64,000 nt of DNA, taken from the NCBI RefSeq assembly GCF_009914755.1, contig NC_060927.1. One strand, 5' to 3'. Below the pieces are notes generated by a model. That model saw only the letters and a list, made by a program, of their open reading frames with translations. It was not told where the DNA came from and did not search any database. This document shows positions 29,991-43,989 of the stretch, piece by piece; the first letter of the stretch is position 1; every line of letters begins with the position of its first letter. A program made the position numbers and the translations under genes. Source of the DNA: the human T2T-CHM13v2.0 reference genome, Homo sapiens.

Positions 29991-30118
29991 TTTTTTTTTT
30001 TTTTTTTTTTTTAGAGATGGGGCCTCACTATGTTGCCCAGGCTGGTCCTGAACTCCTGGGCTCAAGAAAACCTCCTGCCTCAGCCTCCAAAATTGCTGAG
30101 ATTACACCACACACAGCC
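29991..30118 (-). mobile_element. Alu left monomer (FLAM/AluJ)
   Basis: Poly-T plus 'agagatggggcctcactatgttgcccaggctggtcctgaactcctgggctcaag'. Confidence 0.9.
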
Positions 30119-31508
30119 TCCTTTGAATTTTTAAGGTTTGGTGTGGTACCCAGAAAAGAGCAGGGTTAGTGGTCATATAATCCAGAATCACCTCTGACAC
30201 TTATTAACCATAATCTTGGAACACTTAACCTCTCTAGAGCCTCAATTTCCTTATCAGCAAAACTAGACTACAAATAGTCCATGTATACCTTATTGACTTC
30301 CCAGTAGTTCTAAAAATCAAAGAAGACAGTGTATATTTTCAAATTTTCTTTTTCACCTGAGGAATAACACCGTGTTGGTTTTTAGTAGGTAGTGAACTTA
30401 AAGGGCACACGGTACAGGGTCTGAATCTCATTCTTGATATTCATTGACTGTTCTCAGAGAAGTTACAGAAACTTTGTGAAAGAGTACACCCATCGACAAT
30501 ATACACAAAGCAAAATCAATAATTTCTTGATTCTTTGGGAATTAAACACTTTGCACAGTAAATGGCACCTAAAAGTTATTCAAAAGTGTGATGTTCCCTT
30601 CCCACAGCCACTTAAATGTCTTATTTATTCCATCAGATATTTTAAATTAAAGCATACCAGGAAAAATTAATGATTACCTAACATCATTATTCACTTTGAT
30701 TAAGAGTGGGTTGTCCAAAAAGAGTCTTGAACAAATACAAAGGCATCCCTTGTTCTTGGTTAGGACATCAATATGCCAGTTCTAAATGAACTTATCAATT
30801 TAATGAGAGGTCAGTAAAATGCCAGGAAGTTATTTTATTGAGCTAAACAAATTGATCCTAAAATTCACATGGGAGTTAAAAAAAAAACATGTAAAAATAG
30901 GCAGAGGACATTGAAAAGAAAAAGCTATGAGGAGGCACTGCTCTACCTGCCATTAAAGCATTCTACAAAACCTAGATAATTAAAACAGTGTAGTACTAGT
31001 ATATAAGTAGATTGGCATACCAGTAGAATAAAACAGTAAATCCAGACATATGCCCAATTAAATGTACAAATCTAGCATATGATCAAAGTGTTATATGTGA
31101 GAAAAAATTAGTCTTTTTCATAAATTGTGTTGTGATAATTGGATGACCATTTAGGGAAAAAAATAAATAAAAATAGATTAATTCCTCACACCATAAACAA
31201 GCATAAACTCTACATGGATTTGAGATTTCAATGTAAAAAATATATAAATACTAGAGAAACATTTAAGCAAATTCCTCTTTAACTCAGGCATAGGGAAAGG
31301 CTTTTAAAATTAAAAACCTAGATGCAATATAAGGGGAATCTGATAAATTTGACTATATAAAAACAGAGAATGTTTGCATGGTGAAAACAAAAACCACACA
31401 CCACCAAAAGACAAACGGCAAACTGACAGAAAACACTTGCAACATATGTCATAGACAAGGAGCTAAATAACCTAATATACAAAAAAATGCTTTAAAATTG
31501 AGGCAGAA

Positions 31509-32296
<788 letters not shown>

Positions 32297-32913
32297 ATTA
32301 CTCACAATAAAATATGTGCAAATTAAAACTATAGTGAGATATCATTTCTCATCAATTAGATAAGCAAACATTAGAAAGCTTACTATTGGTGAAGCTGTGA
32401 AGAAACAGTCGTGTTCAAACATTGCTGGTGGGAATGCAAAATGAAGAATTCCCACAGGGAGGCAAATTTGGCAATGTTTAACAAAAATACATATTAAATC
32501 CCACTTCCAGGAATTTATCCTGAAGACACATCTCCAATACTATAAAAATACAGATGCTCAAGTTTACTCATTGCAGCATTATTTCTAATTGCAAAATATT
32601 GGAAACTACATAAATGCCCAAGCATAGAATATTGGTTGAATAAACTGTGACATATTGTCACAATGGAGTACCATGAAGCTATTAAAAGAATGAGGACAAC
32701 CTCTATGAACTGATGATATAAATTTATTCCCAGGAGATATTTTGAAGCAAAAATAATGTTTACAAGTAAAATGCAATACAGAATGCTCTACAAAAAAAAT
32801 AAGGGAAAATAAGATAACATATATATGTTATATATATGATATATATAAAAGCAAAAATAAACAAATAGAATTATAGCAAACTGAAAAGCTTCTGCACAAC
32901 AAAGGCAACCCCA

Positions 32914-33116
32914 TATATGTTATATATGACATATATCATACATATGTTATATATGACATATATCATACATATGTTATATATGACATATATCATACATATG
33001 TTATATATGACATATATCATACATATGTTATATATGACATATATCATACATATGTTATATATGACATATATCATACATATGTTATATATGACATATATCA
33101 TACATATGTTATATAT
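32914..33116. repeat. 27-bp minisatellite (CATATGTTATATATGACATATATCATA) x about 7.5, followed by a TA-rich tract to 33177
   Basis: Seven full units, six of them identical, plus a partial unit. Produces the 9-aa-periodic ORFs on both strands. Confidence 0.97.
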
Positions 33117-33451
33117 ATGCTATATATGTTATATATATGATTATATATGATATAAATATATATATATATATATATATGCCTCACAACCTAATCTTCCTTT
33201 ATGAGGCCCCACTTCCCAAAACTGCTGCATTGAAGATTACATATCCAACACATGAACTTTGGAGAACATATTCAAACAATACATCAGCTATATTTTCTTT
33301 CAATGAGGTGAGGTTGTTTTGACCTGATTGATTCCAATGATTGGCTTGCACAGAACAACTTCAGGCCTTGTTGTTCAGTTTTTATATTGTTTCATTTTAA
33401 AGGAAATAAATTTGTTATAGATTTGAGATATTGCTACTTTAAAAGCTTCCT

Positions 33452-33755
33452 GGCCAGGTGCAGGGGTTCACACCTATAATCCCAGCACTTTGTCAGGCCA
33501 CGGCAGACAGATCACTTGAGCCCAGGAGTTTGAGACCAGCCTGGGCAACATGATGAAATCCTGTCTCTACAAAGAATACAAAAATTAGCCAGGTGTGGTG
33601 GTGCACACCTGTAGTCCCAGCTACTCAGGAGGCTGAAGTGGAGGATTGTTTGAGCCCAGGAGGTGGAGACTGCAGTGAGCTATGACCATATTACTGCACT
33701 CCACCCTGGGCAACAGAGTGAGACTCTGTCTCAAAAAAAAAAAAAAAAAAAAAAA
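33452..33755 (+). mobile_element. AluJ (Jb-like)
   Basis: 'cttgagcccaggagtttgagaccagcctgggcaaca', 'ggaggattgtttgagcccagg', A tail. Confidence 0.94.
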
Positions 33756-35600
33756 GGTAGCATTTCTATATATAAACAACAGACTATCTGAAAAGGAAAT
33801 CAAGATGGCAATTTCATTTATAAGTTACCTAGGAATACATTTAACCAAGGAGGTAAAAACCTCTACAAGGGAAACTACAAAATACTGATGAAAGAAACTG
33901 AAGAGGCTAAAAGTCAAATGGAAAGACATCATATGCTCATGAATTGGAAGAATAAATATTGTTAAAATGGCAATACTACACAAAGCAATTGAATGTAATT
34001 CCTATCAAAATACCAATGACATCTTCACAGAAACAGAAAAAAATGCTAAAATTTATGTCAACCCACAAAAGACCCAGAATAGCCAAAGTAATCCAAAAAA
34101 ATAAAGCCGGCAGTGTCACACTACCAGACTTCAAAGTATACTACAAAGCTGTAGTAACCAAAACAGCATGGTACTGGCATAAAACAAGACACATAGACTA
34201 ATGGGACAGAATAGAGAACGCAGAAATTAATCCAAGTATCTACAGCCAACTGATTTTTTTACAAAGGTGAAATGGTGCTTGGAAAATTGGATATCTGTAT
34301 GCAGAAGAATGAAACTAGACCTGCCCTTCCTCTATATAAAAACCGACTCAAAATGGATCAACCACCTAAGGATAAGACCCAAAATGATAAAACTACTAGA
34401 AGAAAACATAGAAGAAATGTTTTAAGACCTTGGTCTGGGAAAAGATTTTATGAATAAGACCTCAAAAGCATAGGCAACAAAAGCAAAAATAAACAAATAG
34501 GATTATAGCAAACTAAAAAGCTTCTGCACAGCAAAGACAACCCAGAGAACTGGAGAAAATATTTGCAAACTACTCATCCTATAGGGGATTAATATCCAAA
34601 ATATATAAGGAACTCAAACATCAACAGCAAAAACAAACAATCCAACTAAAAAAAATGGGCAAATGATCTGAACAGACACTTCTCAGAAGACATACAAATA
34701 GTCAACAAATACATGAAAAAATTATCAATATCGTTAATTGTCAGGGAAATCAAAACCACAGTGAGGTATCATCTCACCCCAGTTAGGATGGCTATTTATC
34801 AAAAAGACAAAAAATAACTAATACTGGCAAGGATGCAGAGAAAAGGGAACTCTTACACACTGTCAGTAGGAATGTAAACTACCACAGCCACTATGGAAAA
34901 CAGTATGGAGGCTCCTCAAAAAACTACAAATAGAGCTACTATATGATTCAGCAATCCCACTACTGGGAATTTATCCAAAGGAAAGGAAACAATTATACCA
35001 AAGAAACATCTGTACCCCCATGTTTATTGCAGCACTATTCACAAGATACAGGATCAACCTAGGTGTCCAACAATAGACGAATGGATAAAGAAAATGTAGT
35101 ATATATACACAGTGGCTATTCCACCATAACAAAGAAGGAAATCCAGTCATTCTCAGCAACTTAGATGGAACAGGAAGATATTATGTTATATGAAATAAAC
35201 CAGGGACAGAAAGTTAAACCCTGCATGTTCTCATTCACACGTGGACCCTAAAATAAGGTGATCTCATAGAAGTAAAAGAGTAGAACAGAAGATACCAAAG
35301 GTTGGAAAGGATGGGGGAAGGAGTGAATAGGGAGAGATTTGTTAAAGGTTATAAAATTACAGCTAGATAGGAGAAATAAGTTCTAGTACTCTATACCACT
35401 GTAGGATGACTACAGTTAATAATATTCAGTTTCACACAGCTAGGAGGAACATATTGAATGTTCCCAAAACAAATAAACGATAAACATTGGAGATAAAGGA
35501 CATGCTAATTACCCTGGTCTGATCACTGTATATATATGGAGACATCATTATGTACCCTTTGAATAAGTATAATTATTGTCAATTAAAAATAAAATAATAT
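33756..35600 (+). mobile_element. 5'-truncated L1MA (MA1-3-like), about 1.85 kb
   Basis: ORF2 remnant ([22 protein letters not shown]). 3'UTR 'aaaattacagctagataggagaaataagttctagt' and A-rich tail. Confidence 0.92.
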
Positions 35601-38069
35601 AAAATCATCCTGTTAATATACCACAGCAAGAAAGTATAATTTACTTATTCATGAATTATCTGCTACTTATACTTCAAACAAATAAGCTAACTGTTTGCTC
35701 ATTTACCTAATAGGCTGAGTCTAAAGAGCCATTAGTGGCTACTAGTAAATGAAATGAAATAGTTTTTTTTAATGTAATTGCACTCTGCATTTTATATGTA
35801 GTGGTTTTATGTAAAAACACCTCTGATTAAGGATTGACTTCAAAGTTAACATTTAATTTCTTGTAATTGCCTGTATAAACAAAAGGAAAATTCATAATTT
35901 AAACATTTTCTGCTGTAGACATCAGGTCATGTCCTTGCAGTTGCAATTTATTTGGCTCGATTAGCATGTAATGATTTTGACATTGGCAGGGTGATAAAAG
36001 GGAGAATTGAGAGTATGGAGGGAAGAAAATAAATGCAAGGAGGGAGAAAAAAGAGGAAATAAACAACAAAGGAAGGAGAAATAGAACATCATGGGAAAGA
36101 AAATAGAATACATGGTAAGAAAGGAGAAATGAGAATGAAGGAGAAAAGGAGAAACAGAAGATTAAAAGTTCTCTCTCACCTGGAGGGGTGTTGAAAAGAC
36201 CCTGAGCTGGAACCCTTATTCACACTTTGGTAAAAGGGAGTACCAAGTTCTTAATCGGATATGGAATTTCTTATATTTCACATTGCTCCTGTTTGTTTAA
36301 TGTCAAGTTATGTAAGATAATTTATGTAAGATAAAACTTGGCTTGCATGAAAGTATTTTTTTTAATACTTGTACAAGATTTAAGCACTTGTTTTAGAGAC
36401 GGATGTTAACTATAATCGATGGCTCGGTTGAGCAGAGTCTGTGCAACATGCCTGGAATTTGTAAAAATTGCCAACTATTAATAAAGCAGTTTCTTCCAGT
36501 TGTAACTGTGTGCCATTCTTTGAAGCATTCCCTGAGGAATATGTTTAAACAAGCTTGGATAGAACTTGTCATGGTATCATATAACTGCTATTGAACTGTT
36601 CTGAGCTTTGAACCAGCCATGTATCCTTTGTGTGCAAATGAAAAACAATCTGTCATAAAAGTGCATGAAAGTTGACAAGACTTTCTTTAATAGCTATATT
36701 CTAGGAATACATATTTATGAGTGTTTTTAAACACTAGCTTGCTAAATACTTACCACATTCTCAGATTGTTTAAAATATGAACCATTGACCTTAACAATTA
36801 CTACAACTTACTTTGCAGATAAACTTAAACTTGTGGTTTTCTGACCATCAAGCAGCCTATAATGTTCTACATTAAAGAATGAACCTGTGTCTATATTTGC
36901 TTTCAGTATTTTATGATTCAGTGTAGACATAATTCAAAATAACTGTCTCAACTTTGTCTTAATGCTTATAATTTCCTTTCAGCATCTTATAATTAGATCC
37001 AGAAATTATTCAAAATAACTGTCTCAACTTGTGTTAATGTTTATATAATTGTCCAAACCATATCAATTATTTTCTAATATTGTATCATTATACAATGAAA
37101 TCAGAAGGGTTATTTAATAAAGGCAACAATGGGGCAAGAAGAAAGTAAAGAGCTCATTTTCCTTCTCATCTAAAAGTTATTTTTCTCTTTCAAATCTTAC
37201 AATTATCGATATAATTTTTTATTTAGAAATTTTGTCGTGGTTTTAAAGTACTGACTGACCTGAGGGTTGAATGGCAATGTTGCCGCAGTGATGTATGAAT
37301 ATTGTTAGGACACATGAAGTTTTAAATAGGAATAAGTGATGACTATATTTGGGTTTGCAGAAGCCCCTAGAATAAATGGTGTCCTCACTTTAAATTTATG
37401 ATGGAGTTGATTTCAGTATTGCCAGCATTAAACACACTCAGACTTCTAGTAAAACTCACAACACTCTAACCTTAATAAGAGGCACTGCAATGCCAAGAGT
37501 GTTTTTTATATAACAGTCAATCAAAAATGTTGCCACTGTCCTTGCACTTATATGTATAGCATTCATAATTATACCCCCAGTATTCCTTCTTTGACCCCAA
37601 ATCATCTGAGGCACAATGATATAAAGGTAACTTCTCCACTAATTAATTCAAGGTTCATTGAGATTTATGAGCTTCTAATTTCTCTACTTAAGACATCAAG
37701 ATGCCATTTCCTGCCCTCTCTGCTTGTGACATTTATCTCAAATGAAGGCTAAATAAAAGATTAGCTTAAGAATTAAGACCAGAGTCAAATGCATTAGAAA
37801 ACAGAAGCATAGATAAGGAACTATAGAATTTTAGAGCTGATAAAGATTTTAAAGATAGGGTACCCAACATTACAAAGTAAACTGAAGCCCAAGAATGTAT
37901 AAAGACCTTCCAAATCTTGCATAGCTGGTTAAAGACATGAAGCTGATGTGAGAATAAGTAGAAAGGAGTCTAAGTATGTTTGATAAGTACATAAGAAAGG
38001 GTAAGAAAATAAAGTCTTGGCAATATAGGTATCTATACACTATTCCCACGAGGGCAGAACGGTTTATAG

Positions 38070-38413
38070 TAGCGGTCCCCGATCTTTTTGGCGCAGCAGT
38101 CTCACGGAAGACAATTTTTCCATGGATGGGGGGCTGGGGTGTGGGGGATAGTTTCAAGATGCAACTGTCCCACCTCAGATCATCAGGCATTAGTTCAATT
38201 CTCATAAGGAGCACATAACCTAGATCCCTCAAATGCACAGTTCACAATGCGGTTTGTGCTCCTATGAGAATCTAATGCCACTGCTGATCTGACAGGAGGC
38301 AAACTTCAGGTGGTAACGCTTGCGTGCCTGCCGCTCACCTCCTGCTGTGTGGCCCACTTCCTAACAGACCACGGACCAGTACCGGTGCATGTTCCGGGGG
38401 TTGGGGACCCCTG
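38070..38413 (+). mobile_element. MER1B hAT MITE
   Basis: TIRs 'tagcggtcccc...ggggacccctg'. Body 'cacctcagatcatcaggcattag'. Degenerate 8-bp TSD gtttatag / atttataa. Confidence 0.93.
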
Positions 38414-38446
38414 ATTTATAAAACACTGCTCAGAACATAACATCTA

Positions 38447-38745
38447 GGCTGGACGCCTTGGCTCAAGCCTGTAATCCCAGCACTTTGGGAAGCTGAGATG
38501 GGTGGATCACTTGAGATCAGGAGTTTGAGACCAGCCTGGCCAACATGGAGAAACCCCATCTCTACTAAAAATACAAAAATTAGCTGGGCATGGTGGCAGG
38601 CACCTGTAATCAAAGCTCCTCAGGAGGCTGAGGCAAGAGAATCGCTTGAACCCAGGAGGTGGAGTTTGCAGTGAGCTGAGATTGACCCATTGCATTCCAG
38701 CGTGGGTAACAGAGAGAGACTCTGTCAAAAAGAAAAGAAAAGAGA
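38447..38745 (+). mobile_element. AluSx/Sz-like
   Basis: Full dimer with (AAAAG)n tail. Confidence 0.94.
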
Positions 38746-39376
38746 AAATACATTCTAATATAGCTATAAGGTGTGAAGCTCTTATCTGCTGAGGTTGTTC
38801 TTCTACCACAAGCAAGAGCCAGGAGGGTTCTCACCATCCCTTTTAATATAAGGATCTGTCCCCTAGATTTACCCCATAAGCAGTGTCTATGTTGGACTAC
38901 TACAGTCCTAATTTTTTTTTATCAACAGAAAATACCAGCTTTTAATCAAATGCACAGAGAAAATGTTTTAGATAATGAGGATATTCCCCGGTTTGTTTAA
39001 ATCTAAGGAAGAGGAACAGGAGGGAAGTAATGACGTGTCAGGGACAGCATAACCTCTATGACTAAGGATAAAGAGGGAAAACCTTCTTGCCCTCAAAGTG
39101 AAATCCCCTTCTATTTTAGGAAACACTCCTTTACTTTAAAGAATCTCTCAAATGAGTCACTAGGGTTAGATCATATTCTTCTGGGACATTTACTTTCCAA
39201 AGGATAAAATTTTCATGCATCAGTTAGAAAGGAAAAAATATAATCTGGCAAATAGGAGGCAGAACAATCCCTTTCCAAATGCTCTGTCTGTTCTGTCCTC
39301 TTAAGTCAACAGAGCACAGCTAAATATGGCAGACAATAAAGATCTCAGTTTTGTGAAGATAAAAAGATTCAAACCT

Positions 39377-39623
39377 GGTCAGGCGCAGTGGCTCATGCCA
39401 GTAATCCCCACACTTTGGGAGGCCAAGGCTAGAGGATCACCTGAGGTCAGGGGTTTGAGACCAGCCTGGCCAACATGGTGAAACCCTGTCTCTACTAAAA
39501 ACACAATAATTAGCCAGGTGTGGTGGCAGGCACCTGTAATCCCAGCTACTCAGGGGGCAGAGGTTGCAGTGAGCCAAGATCACGCCACTGCACTCCAGCC
39601 TGGGCAAAGAGCGAGACTCCATC

Positions 39624-39662
<39 letters not shown>

Positions 39663-39670
39663 AAATAAAT
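39377..39670 (+). mobile_element. AluSx-like with right-arm deletion and (TAAA)n tail
   Basis: TSD aaaagattcaaacc at 39362-39375 and 39671-39684. Confidence 0.94.
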
Positions 39671-40381
39671 AAAAGATTCAAACCCAAGTCTTTAGTCCCA
39701 GGGTTTCATGTAGCAGCTTTTCTGTAGCTACTGCCCCCACAAAGCCCCTACTTTGCCTGAGCATGATGTGTTTCAGGGTGGAGAAGTGGACTATTACGGT
39801 GCTTTGAAGTATTTTTCAGCTTTCTGGCTGAAATCATAAATGTGTACTTTAAGTCAAGCTAGATAGAGACATATGAATAGATGCTGTTTTATTGCTCACC
39901 CATTTAAAATGCAAATGATAGTACCAAAAATTACCAAAGTCTACACTCCAGATGTTCCTGTTATTCACAATGGCTTTTTATTTTTTTGGCTACACTTATC
40001 CTCTCCTACATATCTCTGAATTTATTCTACCACATAACCTTCCTTATGAAAACACCTACTTATTTCTTAAATAATTTTGTTGTATATATTTAAAGAGTTG
40101 GAATCAAAAAATAAATTCATTTTCTCAAGTAATGAAAAAGCCAGATCTTCATTTCCATATCCCAAAAGTCAATTATGTAGAAATAAACAACATAAAGTGA
40201 CAGACAACCTATTTATGAAGCTACATTGATTGCTCTGTGAAAACAAAAGTAGCTCAGTTTTCCTCAAGAGCATGTGAGGAGAGGTCTACAGTAGGACCTT
40301 AAAGAGAGGCACTAAAGTTCTTTGATAGGTACCCAACTCCCCATGTGAGATTGCTTAATTCAGTCTTGAACATAAAGGAAA

Positions 40382-40434
40382 ACACACACACACACATACA
40401 CACACATGCACACACATGTGCATGCACACACACA
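40382..40434. repeat. Interrupted (CA)n / alternating purine-pyrimidine tract
   Basis: About 52 bp of alternating R/Y. Confidence 0.9.
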
Positions 40435-40679
40435 GGAAAACTCAGTCTCTTTCTGAATGAAGGCAAAGCCCTATTGCTGGACATAAATGATAGGATGTGG
40501 TTTCAAGCATAGCAAAATATACACTCATTCTTCATTCATTCATTCATTCAATTACTCAGCAACTGTCTATTAGCAATTTCTACGTGCCAGCATCACGCTC
40601 AAATGAGAAAGACATGGTCCCTACCTTCAGAAGCTTCAAATCCAGTGGAGGGAGGAATACACTATTAACACTCTATTGA

Positions 40680-41170
40680 CTGGGATTCTTAGCATTACAA
40701 ATGACAGAAGTTACATAAGAACTTATGTGTGGGGAAGTTATTGGAGGTAACTGAATGTTCTAGTTGTAGATGTCAGGTATGACTGAGTCAAACAAAATCA
40801 ACAGGCAATCTGTCTCATTCCATATTGGGGCTTTCCTTTTCTTTGATTAATTTCACTCTCAAGGCAGTTCTCACCTTATGGTGGTAAGAAGGTCACCAAT
40901 AGTTCTAGGCATACATATCACCAGCTTAGGAACTAGTGTGGAAATAGAGTCCTTGCCCATTTTTTCCAACAAAAGTCCCAGAACTGATGCTAATTTAACC
41001 TAACTGGGGTCACATGCTCACCCCTGACTCACTCTCCATGACTACAGTGATAGAACATCTTACTTGGCCAGGCCAGTAGACTGAAAGTATGGGAGGGATG
41101 TTTTCACTAAGAAAAGAGGATGTCATTCAAGAAGGGGAATGGGTGCATGTAAAAAACAGATGTCCACCGC
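40680..41170 (-). mobile_element. Old MLT1-type LTR
   Basis: 'caacaaaagtcccagaactg', 'gggtcacatgctcacccctga'. Confidence 0.6.
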
Positions 41171-41299
41171 AACAACATCACAAGGCTGAGCATGAAACAA
41201 GGGTAACAGAGAGTGCTAAAGCAATATAGAAATAGAACATTTAATTGCAATGAAAGGAGGGGACTTAAGAGGCAGGCAGGTAGTTGTCAAATTCATAGA

Positions 41300-41920
41300 A
41301 AAGTGGCATTTTCGAAGCGGCAACTCTGGAAAAAGATCTGGGAATTCCCCACATATTTAAACATAGCTTTATCTTATGACTCAGCAATTCCACTCCTAGG
41401 TGTATGCCCAAGAGAAATGAAAGCAAATGCGCATACAAACACCTGTACACAAAGGTTAAGCAGTGTTATTCACAATAGCCAAGAGGTATAAATAGTCCAA
41501 ACCACCCGTCGACTGACAAATTTAGATAAGCAAATGTGGTACGGACACATAGCGAAATATTATCTGACCATAAAAAGGAGTGGAGTGCTGATAAACACTA
41601 CAACATGGATAGACCTTGAAAACATTACAGTAAATGAAAGAAGCCAGACCCAAAAGACCACTTACTATATGATTCTGATATGAAATGTCCAGAATGGGGA
41701 AATAGAGACAGAAAGATTTGTGGTTGCTTAGAGCTGAAGGGAAAGGGGGACCTACAGGGTATGGGTTTTCTTTTGAGGGGATGAAACTGTTCCAAAGTTT
41801 ACTGTGGTGATGATTGCACATATTTGTGAATATACTAAAAGTCACTGAATTATACACTGTAAATGGGTGAACTGTACAGTATGTAAACTATATTTCAATA
41901 ATGCCATTTTGACAAAATAA
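41300..41920 (+). mobile_element. L1MB-like 3' end
   Basis: 'tatgactcagcaattccactcctagg...tgtgaatatactaaaagtcactgaattatacact'. Confidence 0.88.
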
Positions 41921-42064
41921 TATTTAAAAGACAGGTTGGATTTCAACAAGTGTAATCTCAGGCTAGTACATATGAGGCTGGGGAGTTAATGTGACAATAG
42001 ACATAGTGAGTTGCCTCACTTGTTTTACAAGTACGGCAGAGTCATGTGAGTCTCTAGAGGATGC

Positions 42065-42704
42065 TGTGGTGTGCAGCCCAGATTTCCCTTTCAGAACTAA
42101 ACAATCTAGTTCCACAGCTACTGGGAGCACACCTGACAACAGCCCTCCACAGGAATTGCCCTCAGCAGCACAGGGCTACTCACCCAAGACCATGTCCCTC
42201 CCCAGCAAGAGCCTCCATCCAGTGACTGGTTGCTGTGAGTGTGTATAGAGGAACTGGACAGCCTTTTTTTTTTTTTTTTTAAAGACAGAGTCTCGCTCTG
42301 TTGCCCAGGCTGTAGTGCAGTGGTGAGATCACAGCCTCCAGCTCCTAAGTTCAAGCTATCATCCTGCCTCAGCTTCCCATATAGCTGGACTACAGGTGAG
42401 TGCCACCACACCCAGCCAACTTTTTTGTACTTTTTTGTAGAGATGAGGTCTCATCCAGTCCGGCCTCAAACTTCTGGCCTCCAGGGATCCTCCCACCTCA
42501 GTCTCCCAAAACTCCCACAGGTGTGAGCCATCCTGCCCAGGTTCAGAATAGCTGTGAAAGGCCACTTATGCTTCAAAGCTCACCATGGGTTGTCTGAGGA
42601 CTTTGCTGCGATCACACTGCAGCTTCACATCTCATCCTACCCACTCCTGGTTCCCTCTCCCGCTTCTTCCCAGAGTCTGCTTTCCATAGAATCCAATCTG
42701 CAAC
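42065..42704 (+). mobile_element. LTR16-family ERVL solo LTR, interrupted by AluJ
   Basis: 'tgtggtgtgcagcccagatttccctttcagaact...aggaattgccctcagc...cagagtctgctttcc'. Confidence 0.75.
42264..42540 (-). mobile_element. AluJ (diverged)
   Basis: Poly-T plus antisense dimer. Confidence 0.9.
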
Positions 42705-43287
42705 GTGGTGCATAGAAGATGGTGCATAAAAGGAACATAACTTTTAAACAGACTAGAAAATTAGATTTGGATTAAACTCTAGAGGACCTTGAATGCCATG
42801 TTAATGAATGTGATCTTCAATAGAATATAGGAAAGTAATCATTATAATTATGTTTGGGTTAAGCAACCCAAGCAACCAGGTTAAAGAATTACCTAGAATG
42901 AGGCAAGATAAAGGACAGAAATACAAGTTAAAAAATCAATCCAAGAGTACAGGCAAAAGGACAAGTTAGTGGAGACCACAGACAGGACTATGGCAATGAG
43001 AATGAAGAGGAGGAAAGAAATTGGGAGACATCATAAGAGAATGAACTGGGTTTGATGAATGATGAGGTGAGAGATATTTTAATAGTAAGAAAGAAGATGA
43101 AAAAGACTACAAGTTTTCTAGTCTCAGAGTTGGCTAACAATAAGAAGAGTAGCACAGTGATAAGATGTATCAGTCAGGGGCCAGTAAAAAAACAAAAGCC
43201 ACACCAGTTATTTTAATTGCCAAAAAAGAATATAATATAACCATATTTAGAGAACCACAAGGCAAAAAGGAACAATAAGGTACCATG

Positions 43288-43575
43288 GGCTGGGTACAAT
43301 GGCTCACACCTGTAATCCCAGCAATTTGGGAAGCTGAGGTGGGAGAATCATTTGAGGACAGGAGTTTGAGACCAGCCTGGGCAACACAGTGAGACCCTTT
43401 TCTAGAAAAAAAATTAAAAATCTAGTAGGACATGATGGCATGCACCTGTAATCCTGGTTACTTGGAAGCCGAGGCAGAAGAATCACTTGAGCCCAGGAGG
43501 TCAAGGCCACAGTGAGCCATGATCATGACACTGTAAGACAAAGCAAGACCCTGTCTCTAATTAATAAATAAATAA
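43288..43575 (+). mobile_element. AluJ
   Basis: 'gagcccaggaggtcaaggc'. Degenerate TSD ggta(c/t)catg. Confidence 0.92.
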
Positions 43576-43678
43576 ACATGGTATCATGAAGTAAGCAATA
43601 GCAGGAGGCAGCTGCCATCCCTAGGACTGGGGGAACAAAAGGAAGAAACTATAATTATTAAAATATAGAAGTTTAGAG

Positions 43679-43989
43679 GGACCGAGTGTGGTAGCTCATG
43701 CCTATAATCCCAGCACTTCGGGAGGCCAAGGCAGGAGAATTACTTGAGGCCAGGAGTTTGTGAACAGCCTGGACAACATAGTGAGAACTGCTGTCTCCAA
43801 AATTTTCAAAAATTAGCTGAGCTTGGTGGCATATGCCTGTAGTCTAAGTTACCTGGGAGGCTGAGGCAGGAGGATCACTTGAGCCCAGGAGGTCGAAGCT
43901 TCAGTGAGCCATGATCCCATGACTACACTCCAGCCTGGGTGACTAAATGAGAACCTGCCTCTCAAAAAAAAAAAAAAAAAAAAAAAAAA
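43679..43989 (+). mobile_element. AluJ
   Basis: 'ggaggatcacttgagcccaggaggtcgaag' and long A tail. Confidence 0.92.

Noticed and set aside
32871-33150. ORFs with 9-aa repeats (MLYMTYIIH / MIYVIYNIC) as a repeat protein, or the array as CRISPR-like
   Set aside because: They are translations of a stop-free 27-bp tandem repeat. There are no unique spacers, no cas genes and the context is primate.
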